A stretch of DNA of 64,000 nucleotides. Origin: Mobula hypostoma. Lineage: Eukaryota. Numbering within the stretch: the stretch's first letter is position 1; every line of letters begins with the position of its first letter. The DNA lies in contig NC_086109.1 of assembly GCF_963921235.1 (NCBI RefSeq), positions 9,302,001 to 9,366,000 on the forward strand. Reading direction: 5' to 3'. The notes beneath the pieces were generated by a model. It saw only the letters and a program-made list of their open reading frames with translations. It was not told where the DNA came from and did not search any database. The translations under genes were made by a program, and so were the position numbers. Positions 36,175 to 48,965 of the stretch are shown here, piece after piece.

Positions 36175-37078
36175 GATAGATACTTTATTGATCCCAAAGG
36201 AAATTACAGTGTCACAGTAGCATTACAAGTGCACAGATTCACAAATATTAGAAGAAAATAAGAATGAATCCAAAATAAGTTACCTCAAGCAGTCTAACGG
36301 CGGGGGTGGGGGAGCATCACTTCCCGGCTGTAGGTTGGCTCATTATAGAGCCAAATGGCCGAGGGTAAGAATGACCACATACGACGCTGTTTGGAGCAGC
36401 ACAGTTGTCTTAGTCTATTACTAAAAGTGCTTCTCTGTTCAGCCAAGGTGGCATGCTGAGGGTGAGAAACATTGTCCAGGATTGCCAGGATTTTCTGCAG
36501 GGTCCTTTGTTCTACCCCAGCCTCCAGTGTGTCCAGTTTGACTCCTATAACAGAGCCAGTCTTTCTAATTAGCGCATTGGGCCTGTTGGCATCACCCATG
36601 TTGATGCCATTGCCCCAGCACACCACCTCATAGAAGATTGTACTGGCAACAACAGACTGGTAGAACCTGTGAAGGAGAGGCCTACATTACTCCAAATATC
36701 TTCAATCTCCTCAGGAAGTAGAGGCGACTCTGCCCCCTTCTTGTTGATGGTGCTCCACTCAAGTCCGTCATCCAGGTGCACCCCCAGGTTCTTCTAGGTC
36801 CTCACCATCAATAGCAATAGGGAAGAGTGCAGGCTTAGTCTTCTTAAACTGATTCGCCAGCTCCCTTGTCTTACTGATGTTAAGCTGCAGATGTTTCAGC
36901 TTGCACTGTTTGACAAGCCCTCCACCTGGGCCCCATCATCAGAGAATTTCTGCAGACAACGTGACTCATTGTTGTATCTAAATTCTGAGGTATACAGGGT
37001 AAAGAGGAAGGGACCCAATACAGCCCCCTGTAGTGCCCCAGTGCTGCTTATAGCCATGTCTGACACAGCCCTGAAACA
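36175..37078 (-). mobile_element. Rex1/Babar LINE 3' fragment, same family as 33085-34648
   Basis: STGALQGAVLGPFLFTLYTSEF..LQKFSDD and VCWGNGI..LIRKTGSVIG; same gggatcaataaagta end. Confidence 0.85.
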
Positions 37079-37912
37079 GTACAAACTGTGAGATCATTGG
37101 TTGTGGGAACATTTCGTGATGGGGCAATTAACATTGAGAGAAGTTATCCCTTTTATTCAAGAGCCTGATGGTTGAGGGGTAGTAACCATTCTTGAACCTG
37201 GTGTTGCGAGTCCTGAGGCTCCTGTACCTTCTACCTGATGGCAGCAGCGAGAAAAGAGCATGGCCTGGGTGGTGAGGATCTTTGATGGCGATGCTGCTTT
37301 TCTATGGCAACGTTTCTCGTAGATGTGCTCAGTGACTGGGAAGGCTTTACCTGTGATGGACCAGGCCGTATCCACTATTTTTCCATTCAAAGGCATTGGT
37401 GTGACATGTGACAAATAAAGCCAATCTTTAACATAGCATATAGAACAGTACAGCAAAATACAGGCCCTTCGGTCCACAATTTTGAGCCAACCTTTAAATC
37501 TTTCTGATTTATTTACCTCAATCACCACGCCAGCCAGCAGTGCTTACCACCTCAAACTGATTCTATAATCCTTCTAACAAGCCTGTCAATTCTGTCCCGT
37601 CGTTTTTCCCTGGCACCCCACCACACCTGAGGTAATTATCAACTAACCTACAGACTAGTTTACCTTTTTCCTCGTACACATGCCAACCTCTCTTTAAATT
37701 CATTTACACCACTCGCTTCAACTAATCCCCATAGCGCTGGGAACTACGTCATCACTGTTCTTCACATAAAGGTATTTCTTCTGAATTCTTGTTTCTCTGT
37801 GTAGCGGTGTATAAAATAGGCTTTTGCAAATGTTGTTCCCCGCTGGGGGAATCCATCTCGTCAAAAACATCTCCAATTGGTTTGACCAGCCATTTGAATT
37901 TGCTTAGCAAGA

Positions 37913-37928
37913 CTGCCACCCGCTGGTC
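37913..37928 (-). promoter_or_regulatory. Candidate CTCF site
   Basis: Minus GACCAGCGGGTGGCAG, one mismatch to CCASYAGRKGGCRS, in non-repetitive and mildly CpG-retaining DNA. Confidence 0.35.
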
Positions 37929-39153
37929 ATGGGAGGTATAACCGGACAGAGTGGACAGTACGCTCGCCTGCTTGACAAACCCCCAGCCTGCAGGGTGTGT
38001 ACTCGGCCCGGAACGTCAACCGATGGTGTGAACTTGGAAGCAGACAGCAGAGATTACTATGTTCATGAGTTTGCTGAGCATAGGCCACTTCAGCGCAATG
38101 CAGGCTTTCTTTTAACCTACTCCAAGATCTATCTAGCCCTTACTTCTCACGTAGCCCTCCGTTTTTCTATCGTCCATGTGCCTATCTAAGAGACTTTTAA
38201 ATGTCTCTCATGTATCTGCCTCTACATTCCACTTACCCCACCACGCTCGTGTAAAACCCTACCTCTGACCTGCTCCCTGTACTTTCCAGCAATCGCCTTA
38301 AAATGATGCCCTCTTGTGGTAGCCATTACCGTCCTGGGAAAAAGTCCACTCTCTGCCTCTTCAGCTCTATCAAGTCACCTCTCATCCCTTTTAACTAAGT
38401 TTTTAAAAATCTCCTTCACTATTAGTTCACTAATGAAATATCTGACTTTAAGTTGTAAATGAGCAGCAAATCAAAGATCCCTCTCGTTTCAGACATTCCT
38501 TCTTCTCCCCGCTCCCATCGGGCAGAAGATACAAAAGCCCAATAACTTCTATAGGTGTGTAGTGGAGAGTATACTGACCGGCTGAATCAGGGCCTGATAT
38601 GGAAACACCAATGCTCTTGAATGGAAGATCCTCCAAAAAGTAGTGGAAATGCCCCTGTACATCACGGCTAAAGCCCTCCCCACCACTGAGCACATCAACA
38701 CTGAGCACTGTCCCAGGAAAGCAGCATCCATCATCACCACCGAGGTCATGCTCTCCTTTCATTCCTGCCGTCAGGACTCACACCACCAGGTTGAGGAACA
38801 GTTATTACCTCTCATCCATCAGGCTCTTGAACCAGAGGGGATAACTTCACTCAACTTCACTTGCCCCATGGTAACACACACAAAGTGCTGGAGGAACTTG
38901 GTAGACCAGGCAGCATCTACAGAAATGAGTTCACAGTTGATGTTTCCGGCTGAGAGCCTTCATCAGGACTTACTGCTTTGGATTTCCAGCATCTGCAGAG
39001 TTATCTCATGTTTGTGAGTTCGCTCACTCCATCACTGAGGCCGTTTCCACAGCCAATGGACTCACCTATACCCCGTCGCTGGACTGTTCCCACACCCTAT
39101 GGGCTCACCTTCAAGGACTCTTCGTCTCATGTTCTCAATTTTAGAGAATATTA

Positions 39154-40457
39154 TAGTCGACCCTCCATATCCACGGATTCAACCAACCGCGGATCGGGAT
39201 TGAAAAAAAACCCGGAAGTTCTCTCTCCAGCACTCGTTGTTTGAGCGTTGTTCACCTCGCCTCTCGTTCGGTCGCTACATGTGCTGTGTGTACCCTTTGT
39301 TTCTGTGAAAAAATGGCTCCTAAAAAGCAATTAAGTGGTCAGGGCAATTCCTCAAAGGCTAAGAGGAAGGGTAAAGTACTGTAATCTAGAGATGATCAGA
39401 ATCAGAATCCTTTATTATCGTCAAGTATGTGGACACATACAGGGAATTTGATGCCGGTTTCCCTGAGCTCTCGCTGTACAGAATCAAAAATCAAACAAAA
39501 CAATAGTGCAAATAATGGTGAACTATATACAATGAGGTATACCTGTGTATGTACAGGTGGACTTGGTTTATAATAGACTAAAATTCAAGTGTTCATAAGA
39601 CTGATGGCATACGGAAAGAAACTGTTCTTGTACCTATTTGTCCTGGCACACAGTGATCTAAAGCGCCTACCAGAAGGAAGGAGTTGGAACAGGTGATGTC
39701 CAGGGTGTGATGGGTCTACAATGATGCTGCTTGCTTGCTTCCTGACTCTAGATGCATATAAGTCCTGGATCGAGGGCAGCTTCACATCAATAATCCTTTC
39801 CGCAGCCCTGACGGTTCTTTGTAGTCTATTCTTGTTTGGTAGCTGATCCGAACCAGACAGTGATGGAAGAACAGAGAACAGACCGGATTATTCCTGAATG
39901 GAACCTGCTCCTGAGGCAGGTGGTGCTTCCTGAGTTGACGTAGGAAATACAACCTCCACTGAGCCTTTTTGATAAGAGTATTAATTAAAAGTATTACTCA
40001 TTGTTTGAGCATTGTTCGCCTCACGTCTCGTTCGTTCGCTACTTGTGTTGTGAGCGAGAGGAAGGAGTTTAAGGCTAGTAAGGGATGGCTGGCTGGCTAT
40101 GTAAAGCACTACAGCCTCAAGAACTTAAAGATCACGGGAGAATCGACATTGGCTGATGCCGAGGCAGCATCAGCGTTCCCAGAAGAGCTACGATGGTTGC
40201 GTCTGTACTGAACATGTACAGACTGTTTTTTCTTGTCATTATTCCCTAAACAATACAGTATAACAACTATTTACATAGCATTTACATTGTATTAGGTATT
40301 ATAAGTAATCTAAAGATGATTTAAAGTATATGGGAGGATGTGCGTAGGTTATATGCACATACTACACCATTTTATATACGGGACTTGAGCATCCGCGGAA
40401 TTTGGTATCCGCAGGGAGTCCCGGAACTAAATCCCCGCTGATACGGAGGGCCGACTG
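39154..40457 (+). mobile_element. Tigger/pogo-type non-autonomous DNA transposon, with a LINE 3' fragment nested at about 39395-39890
   Basis: TIRs tAGTCGaCCCTCCaTATC / GATACGGAGGGCCGACTG, TA TSD; CENP-B HTH-like remnant EFKASKGWL..LKITGESTLADAEAA. Confidence 0.85.
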
Positions 40458-40965
40458 TATTTCTTTTTCTTCCTTTTTGTATTTGACAGTTTGTTGTGGT
40501 TTGTACACTGGTTGCGGTCTTTCATTGATTCTGCTATGGTTATTGGATTTATTGAGTATGCCTGCAATAAAATGAATCTTGGGGTTGTACATGGTGACAT
40601 ATATGTACTTTGATAATAAATTTACTTTGAGCCTTGAACATACCTCCAGGGTCAGGGACAGCTTCTACCCCACTGTTATAAGAACATTGAATGGTCTCTA
40701 ACTGTTCATAACTATTGGTTTATTATTGTTGCTTGTACTGAGGTAGAGTGAAAACATATCTTTCTTACCATCCATACAGATCAATTCATTACAGTGGTGC
40801 ACTGACGACACGGGGGGAGCATAGTCATGTAGTGATTAGCTTTACAGTACCAACAGTTGGGGTTCAATGCCCACTGCTGTTAATAAGAAGTTTGTGTGTT
40901 TGCCTGCGTGAATTTCCTCCACATGCTCTGGTTTCCTCCCACATTCATAAGTTGTGGGCAGGCTA

Positions 40966-41806
40966 CACTCAGCAGTCACCTTATTATATACACTGCTCAT
41001 CATTGCAGATATCTAATCAGCCAATCATGTGGCAGCAGCTCAATGCATACAAGCATGCAGACATGGCCAAGAGGTTCAGTTGTTGTTCAGAACAAACATC
41101 AGAACCGGAAAGAAATGAGATATAAGTGACTATGACCATGGAATGATTGTTGGTGCCAGATGGGGTGATTTGAGTAACTGACGATCTTCTGGGATTTTCA
41201 AGCACAACAGTCTTTAGAGCAGGGGTTCCCAACCATTATTATGCCATGGACCAATACCATTAAGCAAGGGGTCTGTGGACCCAGCTTGGCAACCCCTGCT
41301 GTAGAGTTTACAGAGATTGGCGCAAAAAGCAAATGAAGGTGAATCATTTGTCATGTAACAGTGGTGGGGCTCATCACCAACAACGATGAGATGGCCTACA
41401 GAGAGGACGTGGAAGAGCTCGGGGCCTGGTGCCAGCTAGATAACCTCTTCCCCAATGTCAACAAGGCAAAGGAGATGGTTATCGACTTCAGGACAACTCA
41501 CACCACTCACACCCCTCTTGACATCGGCGGCACAGCAGTGGAAACTGCGAGCAGTTTCATTTCATTTTTAAAATCTTTTTATTGATATATAATCTTCTAC
41601 AGCTATAAAATACAAAAGTTCAACAAATTAGTACTCATATAATGAATAAAGCTGAAGAAAAAAACATATATGCTAAAGAAAAAAAAATTTTATATAAGAA
41701 AAAGGAAAAAAGAGAACCCCCAACCAACTAAAAAAAAACACCACTAACTACAAAAGAAAAAAAACCCATTAGGAACCAACTCCCGGAGCAATATGTCTTA
41801 CAATCA

Positions 41807-41839
<33 letters not shown>

Positions 41840-43427
41840 AAGAAGAAAACACAACAACTGCCAAATCACATTTATATAACATAAAATTGGAAGGAAACCA
41901 TATAAATTAATTCAAATTAAATGATAATACTTGGCAAAAGAGCCCCACCTTCTCTCAAAATCAAATCGGGGATCAAAAGTTCTACTTCTAATTTTTTCCA
42001 AACTAAGGCATAACATTACTTAGGAAAACCATTGAGTTAGTGTAGGAGCAGAGGTATCTTTCCACTTCAATAAAATAGCTCTTCTTGCCAACAATGTAAC
42101 AAATGCAATTACATGTTGGTTTGAAAATGAAATACCCTGAAAATGATGTGGAACTATTCCAAATAGAACAGTCAATGTATTAGGTTGTAAATTAATTTTC
42201 AAAGCTTCAGAAATTGTAGAAAATAAAGATTTCCAAAAAGATTTCAATGAGGAACATGACCAGAACATATGTGACAAAGTAGCTACTTCTTTTTTACACC
42301 TATCACAATAGTTGTCTATATTAGGAAATATTTTGGATAGCCTCTCCTTTGTTAAATAATAACGGTGAACAATTTTAAATTGAATTAAACAGTGATTGGC
42401 ACATAGCGAAGAAGAATTAACCATTTTCAGAATTCGCAACCAATCTTCATTAACAAAAGTCATATTAAGTTCTCTCTCCCAATCTTGTTTAATCTTTAGC
42501 AAGAGGTTATCTTCTTGTAGTAAAAATAAATTATAAATTCTACCAATGGAACCTCTCACTAAAGGAATTGACTCAAAATTGTATCCAACGGATCAGATTC
42601 TTGCATATATGGAAACATAAAAACATATTTTTGTAGGAAATGTCTAACCTGAAAATATTGCAAGAAATGTGCATGGGAGAGAGAATATTTGCTAATTAAC
42701 TCTTCAAATGTCATTAATTGACCATCACTAAACAAATCTGCAAAAGAACAGATCCCCTTATTTCTCCATAAAAGAAAAATGGTTTCAAACTCCTGGGAGT
42801 GCACACCACACACAACCTCTCAGAACACACCCTACACAGCCAGGAAAACCCACCAATGCCTCTACTTTCTGGGCAGACTGAGTCGAGCTGGACTCAGTAC
42901 ATCAAATTCTACGAGCATCTACAATTGTGCAGCAGAGAGCATCCTAACATGCTGTATTACTGCATGATATGGTAACTTCCCTGCGGCAGACAGGGAGGCT
43001 CAACTCTGGAGAATCAAAACTGCTCGACGCATCACCATCACCAGTGATTGCTCAGTAACTGCTGATCTCCTGGGATCAGTCTCTACAGCTGGGCTTCCCA
43101 ACCCTTTTTTCATGCCAAGGACCCCCACCGTTAATCGAGGGGTCTGTTGGCCCCAGGTTGGGAACCTCTATCCTAGAGATTATAGAGAATAGTGTGAAAA
43201 GCAAAAAAGCATCCAGTGAGCGAGATCAGAGGACAATGGTCAGATTGGTTCAAGCTGACAGGAAGGCAACAGTAATTCCAAGTAACAACGCGTTACAACA
43301 GAGGTGTGCAGAAGAACATCTCTGAATGCCCAACGTTTTGAACCTTGAGGTGGATGGACTACAGCAGCGGATGACCATGAAGATACACTCAGTACGTGAG
43401 GTATCTAATAAAGTGGCCGCTGAGTTG
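40966..43427 (+). mobile_element. Tc1-like relic(s) hosting nested hAT MITEs, Rex1 and L1 fragments
   Basis: Outer termini TA-CACTCAGcaGtCACcTTATTA and TAATAAAGTGGCCGCTGAGT..TA. An internal segment occurs twice (about 41175-41335 and 43055-43210). Confidence 0.6.
41560..42781 (-). mobile_element. L1-clade LINE 3' end (ORF2 zinc-knuckle region) inserted in Rex1
   Basis: ORF 42020..42559 FKIVHRYYLT..CDRC..LSHMFWSC; AATAAA near 41580; TSD GTTTCA at 41554-59 and 42782-87. The Rex1 frame (ETASSF|KLLGVH) resumes across it. Confidence 0.88.
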
Positions 43428-43501
43428 TATGTGCCAGTGTGGTGAAGTACAGAGGTCAGGGGTGAGCTCTTAGTCATGTGCTTGTGCAAGTAACCACTCA
43501 C

Positions 43502-43520
43502 TGGCCAGTAGGTGGCAGCA
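43502..43520 (+). promoter_or_regulatory. Candidate CTCF site
   Basis: TGGCCAGTAGGTGGCAGCA, a full match to the core consensus CCASYAGRKGGCRS. Confidence 0.45.
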
Positions 43521-43557
43521 CAGAGCCCCAGCAGGGTGACCAGTCCTGCCCAGCTAA

Positions 43558-44067
43558 AGGCTGATTTATACTTCTGCGGCAACTCGACGCCGTAGGTACG
43601 GCGTAGCCGCGAACACTACACAGAGCCTACACGGATCCCTGCGCCGTAGCCTGACATGCACCTCTCCCAAAATGTAACTTCATGCGTCGCGGCAACGCAG
43701 ACCGCAACAACTGTGATTGGTCCGCTTGGTAGCATCGCATTTCATCCTATGCTGCAGTAGCTTCCCATTGGGCGACTGAAAGGCAGGGAAGGAACTCTGG
43801 CTGCAATGCTTTCCATAAAGCTTTACAGATCTCCGAAATTATGGAGGACACATTTCGCTTTTATGAAAAAAGACGCTCGCTTCTTGTTTACCCCGAGAAA
43901 GACTACCATGACCATGAAGCCTTGCACGGGCAGGCGTGTGCGCATGCGTGACGTGCGCGAATTGCAGAGCGACGCAGACACACCAACACACAAGTATAAA
44001 TGCTCACAATGCGCGTAAGTCTCTTGTATAGGTTAACGCGTCGAGCTGACGCACAATAAATCAGCCT
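43558..44067. mobile_element. PIF/Harbinger-type MITE (510 bp), CpG-rich
   Basis: Perfect 12-bp TIR AGGCTGATTTAT / ATAAATCAGCCT; TAA TSD at 43555-57 and 44068-70. Confidence 0.88.
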
Positions 44068-45518
44068 TAAGTAGCTGCACATAATCCACATCTGGTTGGT
44101 CAACTTTACCCCAGACAGGGTAAGTTTTACCAGGTATCTTAAATGAAGGAGAGAGTTACAGAGAGATTTCTGAGTTTGCTATGGCCATTCTTGTGGAATT
44201 CATTGCCATGGACAGCTGTCAAGTCATTGGGTGTATTTAAAGCAGAGGTTGATAGGTTCTTGATTAGTCAGGGTGCCAAAGTTTACAGGGAAAAGGCAGG
44301 AGGATGGGGTTGAGAGGGAAAATAAATCAGCCATCATCAAATAGCAGAGCAGGCTCGATAGGTCAAATGGCCTAATTCTGCTCCTATGACATATGGGCTC
44401 CAATGGTAAAGTTGGATCTGAACTGTTGACAGCAAACGCAGACTCACAGACATTGGGACTGAAGTCAGTCTTCGACCTTCTGTCTCGACTCCAGGACTCA
44501 CCGATCAAGGGGGCTCAAACTCCGGACCCTCGTGGACCACCAACTGACATGAGGTTTCACCAGCTCTTGTGCCAACTGCCCACGCAGACCTCCGATACTG
44601 AGACTCGCTGACGGGTGGGGAGGTGCGGGGTTCATGAAAAGGGACTTGCTGGCCTCAACCACTGACCACAGGAATCCCCACTTCAATGCGCAGGAAGAGA
44701 GCAGCGGTACATCCTCCTCTACCGTTGGTGGTATCTGCAGGAAACGCTGCCACAAGAAGGCACCAAAGATCCCCACTCGTCGGGACATGTCATCTTGTGG
44801 CAGCTACCATCATGCAGGAGGTACAGAAGCCTGTAGTCCCACACCACCAGGTTCAAGAATGGCTACATCCCTTCAACTATTTGGTTCTTGAACCAACCAG
44901 CACAGCATTTGGGATATGACTTCCTTGCAACTCCAAACTACAGGCCATGCCACTCAGGGACTCCGGCTATTTTTTTGTGACTGCACGTTTTTCTGCTAAC
45001 GTAACTATACGTTTTTTTTTGTGTTGTGTGCTGTGTGTGTACCGTGTTTTGAACCTTGGCTCCAGAGCAACATTATTTTATTTGGCTGTACCCATGTGAA
45101 TGATTGAATGACAAATAAACTTGAGTTTGAACTTGAAAGCACAAGGCATGGTTAATAAGTTTGCAGTTGATACTAGTGCTGTAGGTTGTGTTGTAGGAGG
45201 TTATGAAAAATTACAGGGGGATCTTGGTCAACTGGGTGTGTGGGCTGGGGTCTGATTGGCAGATGGCTTTCAATCCAGGTTAATGCAAGTTATTGCATTT
45301 TGTGAGATCAAACCAGGGTAGGACTTTTATAGAGAATGGTGGAGCCCTGGGGAGTACTATGGAACAGAGGGAACTAGGAGTACCAGTGCACAGTTCCCTG
45401 AAAGCAGCCACACAGGTAGATAGGGTGGTGAAGAAGAATCTGGCATACTGGTCTTCGTTGGCCAGGGCATTGAGCGCAGGAGTTGAGGAGTTGATGAGGC
45501 TGACCTTGGAGTATTGTA

Positions 45519-45651
45519 AACACGAGGAGATCTGCAGATGCTGGAATTTCAAGCAACACACACAAAAATTGCTGGTGAATGCAGCAGGCCAGGCAGCATC
45601 TCTAGGAAGAGGTACAGTCGACGTTTCGGGCCGAGACCCTTCGTCAGGACT
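45519..45651 (-). mobile_element. Young short Penelope-like terminal-repeat unit
   Basis: Near-identical to 12355-12486. Confidence 0.85.
45616..45651 (-). ncRNA. Minimal type-I hammerhead ribozyme motif (intact core)
   Basis: 36 nt identical to 12451-12486. Confidence 0.8.
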
Positions 45652-46053
45652 ATTGTATTGTATTGTACTTTATACTTTATTGTCACCAAACAATTGGTAC
45701 TAGAACGTACAATCATCACAGCGATATTTGATTCTGCGCTTCCCACTCCCTGGATTACAAATATTAAATATTAAAAATAGTTAAAATTAGTAAATATTAA
45801 AAATTTAAATTATAAATCATAAATAGAAAATAGAAAAATGGGAAGTAAGGTAGTGCAAAAAAACTGAGAGGTAGGTCCGGATATTTGGAGGGTAGGGCCC
45901 AGATCCGGGTCAGGAGTATGTGGAGTATTGTATGCAGTTTTGGTTACTCTGTTATAGGAAAAATGAATTCAACTAGAAATAGTGCAGAAAATATTTAGCA
46001 GGCTGTTGCTTGGGCTTGGGGGCCTGAGGTACAAGGAGAGGTTGCGTAGACTC

Positions 46054-46410
46054 GTCATCATTATGAGCCATGTTGTATGACTTGGGTGATTGTGGTCCTT
46101 TAACCATGATTGTTCTCGGCAGGTTTTTGTACAGAAGTGGTTTGCCACTGCCATCTTCTGGGCAGTGTGACCCCAGCCATTATCAATACTCTTCAGAGAC
46201 TGTCCGCCCGGTGTCAGTGGTCGCATCACCAGGACTTGTGATCTGCACCGGCTGCTCATACGACTGTTCACCACCTGCTCCCATGGCTCACGTGACCCTG
46301 ATCGGGGCGCTAAGCAGGTGCTGCACCTCACCCAAGGGTGACTTGCAGGCTGCAGAGGGAAGGAGCCCCTCACACCTCCTTTGGTAGAGACGTATCTCCA
46401 CCCCACTAAC
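46054..46410 (-). mobile_element. About 380-bp RTE-related retroposon, copy 3 (inside a CR1)
   Basis: Same sequence and ends as copy 1. Confidence 0.75.
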
Positions 46411-46704
46411 CAAAGACTAGGGCTTGGATTGTAGAAGGCTGAGGGTGATAGAGGAATATAAAATCACGAGGGTCAGTGATGGGGTGAAAGCACATTCTTC
46501 TTTCCCCCAGGGAGGGGCTGCTAAAAACAAGAAGGGGCAGGATTAAGATCAGAGATGAGAGATTGAAAAGGGACGTCAGCGGCAGCTTCTTCATGCAAAG
46601 GGTGTTGCGTGCTTGGAATGAGCTTCCAGAAATAGTCGTTGAGGTGGGCACATCAGCAACATTTGAAAGCCAATCAGATGCTGTAGTACATGGATTAGGG
46701 AGAG

Positions 46705-47568
46705 CAACGGACGTAAAATGCTGGAGGAACTCGGCAGGTCAGGCAGCAACTACGGAAATGAATATTCTTCAGAACAGGAAAGGAAGGGGGAAGATGCCAG
46801 AGTAAAAAGGTGGGGGGAGGAGTGGAAGGAGGCTAGCTGGAAGGTGATAGGTGAAGCCAGATGAGTGGGAAAGGTCAAGGGCTGGAGAAGAAGGAATCCA
46901 ATAGGAGAGGAGGGTGGATCACAGGAGCAAGGGGAGGAGGAGGGGACCCAGGGGGATGTGAAGAAGTAGGAGGTCAGAGTGGGGAATAGAAGAGGGAAGG
47001 GGAGGGAAACATTTCATACATGAAGGATAAACTGATATTCATGCTATCAAGTTGGCTACCCTGACAGAACAAGAGGTGTTGCTCCTCCACACTGAGGGTG
47101 GCCTCACACCCTCAGGGCGGAGGAGAAACCCTGAGGGTTAGGAGAGGTTTAGAGGACTAAGGGTCAGACACAGGCAGAAGGCCAAGACCCGATGTAGGTT
47201 GGGAGACCGTTTTGTCGAGCGCCTTCACTCCGTCCACTACAAAAAGCGGGATCTCCCGGTGTCTACCCATTCCAATTCTACTTCCCATTCCAACATGTCA
47301 ATCCACGGCCTCCTCTACTGTCGTGATGAGGCCACACTCAGGTTGGAGGAACAACACCTTGTATTCCGTCAGGGTAGCCTCCAACCTGATGGCATGAACA
47401 TCGACTACTCGAACTCCCGGTATGTGCCCCCCTTCTCCTTCACCATTCCCCATCCCCATTTCCCTCTCTCACCTTACCTCCTTACCTGCCCATCACCTCC
47501 CTCTGGTGCTCCTCCCCCTTCCCTTTCTTCCATCTTCTCCTATCAGATTCCCCCTTCTCCAGCCCTTT
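46705..47568. mobile_element. Two back-to-back Penelope-like 3' fragments (minus about 46705-47107; plus about 47182-47568)
   Basis: The plus part reads GDRFVERLHSV..PVSTHSN..LRLEEQHLVFR..QPDGMNID; the minus part is its reverse-complement counterpart with a tail. Confidence 0.75.
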
Positions 47569-48801
47569 ATAGTGTCATAGAAAAGTAGAAACAGGCCATT
47601 TGGCCCATCTAGTCTGTGCTGAAACCATTTAAACTGCCTACTCCCATCAACCTGCACCCAGACCTTAGCCCTCCGTAACCCTCCCATAACCGTCTAAGAT
47701 TCTCTTAAATGTTGAAATTGAGCCCACATGCACCACTTCTGCTGGCATCTCATTCCACACTCTCATGACCCTCTGAGTGAAGATTTTACCTCATGTTCCC
47801 CTTAAACTTCTCACCTTTCACCCTTAACCCATGACCTCTGGTTGTTGTCCCACCCAACCTCAGCAGAAAAAGTCTGCTTGCATTTACCCATCTACACCCC
47901 TCATAATTTAATATATCTCTATCAAATCTCATCTCAATAAATCTCAATATTCATAGTTTTTTTTCTTATTTTTATTTTATTGTGTCTTTTTAATGCTACA
48001 TCAGATCTGGATTAGTTAATTCTCCTTTACACTTGTGTACTGGGAATGATATTAAACAATCTTGAATCGAAAGCCTCCATGTCCATCCAATGATGGGGTG
48101 ACCAGAACTGGATACCATGTTCCAAGTGCAGATTTATATTATTACAACGTGACTTCCCTACTCTTATACTCAATGCCTTGACCTGCAAAGGCAGACATGC
48201 CACATTCCTACCTTACCACCGTGTCTACTCGTTTTATTGGTCTTCCAGATGAGAAAGATCAGTCCCCGCCATTAGCTTTGTCCACAGAATGCTGGGGGAG
48301 CTCAGCAGGTCAGGCAGCCTCTCTGGAGGAAAAGGAACAGTCAATGTTTGGGGCCAAGACTATGGCAAGAGTCAGAATAAAAAGGGTGACAGCCCCATTC
48401 AGATTTCTTGATTTCACACGCCTGAGATAGTGGGGGGCGGGGGGGGGGAGTTGGCTGGATTGGGAGGCATTAGTATCTCTTCCACCAATCAGCTTCCCAA
48501 CTCTTTGTTTCACCCCTCCCCCTCTTCCGGTTTCACCTATCACCTACTACCTTGTACTTATTCCTCCTCAACCCCCCACTTTCTTAACCTGACCTCTTTC
48601 CCCTTCCTTCCCAGTCTGGATGAAGGGTCTCGGCCCAAAATGTCAACTGTTTATTCCCCCTCCGTAGATGCTGCCCTGACCCGCTGGGCTCCTCCAGCAC
48701 ACTGGGTGTTATCGCTGTCGATATCCAGCATCTGTATGCAGTACCTCTTGTGTCTGTGGGCGGAAAGGACGAGCTTGCAGGGCCAACACTACCTGAAGGG
48801 C

Positions 48802-48965
48802 GAACACGAGGAATTCTGCAGATGCTGGAAATTCAAGCAACACACATCAAAGTTGCTGGTGAATGCAGCAGGCCAGGCAGCATCTCTAGGAAGAGGTACA
48901 GTTGACGTTTCGGGCCAAGACCCTCGGCCCGAAACGTCAACTGTACCTCTTCCTAGAGATGCTGT
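48802..48965. mobile_element. Penelope-like terminal unit with a foldback inversion
   Basis: 14-bp TSD ACTACCTGAAGGGC at 48788-48801 and 48966-48979; perfect 39-bp inverted repeat at 48878-48916 and 48926-48964. Confidence 0.9.
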
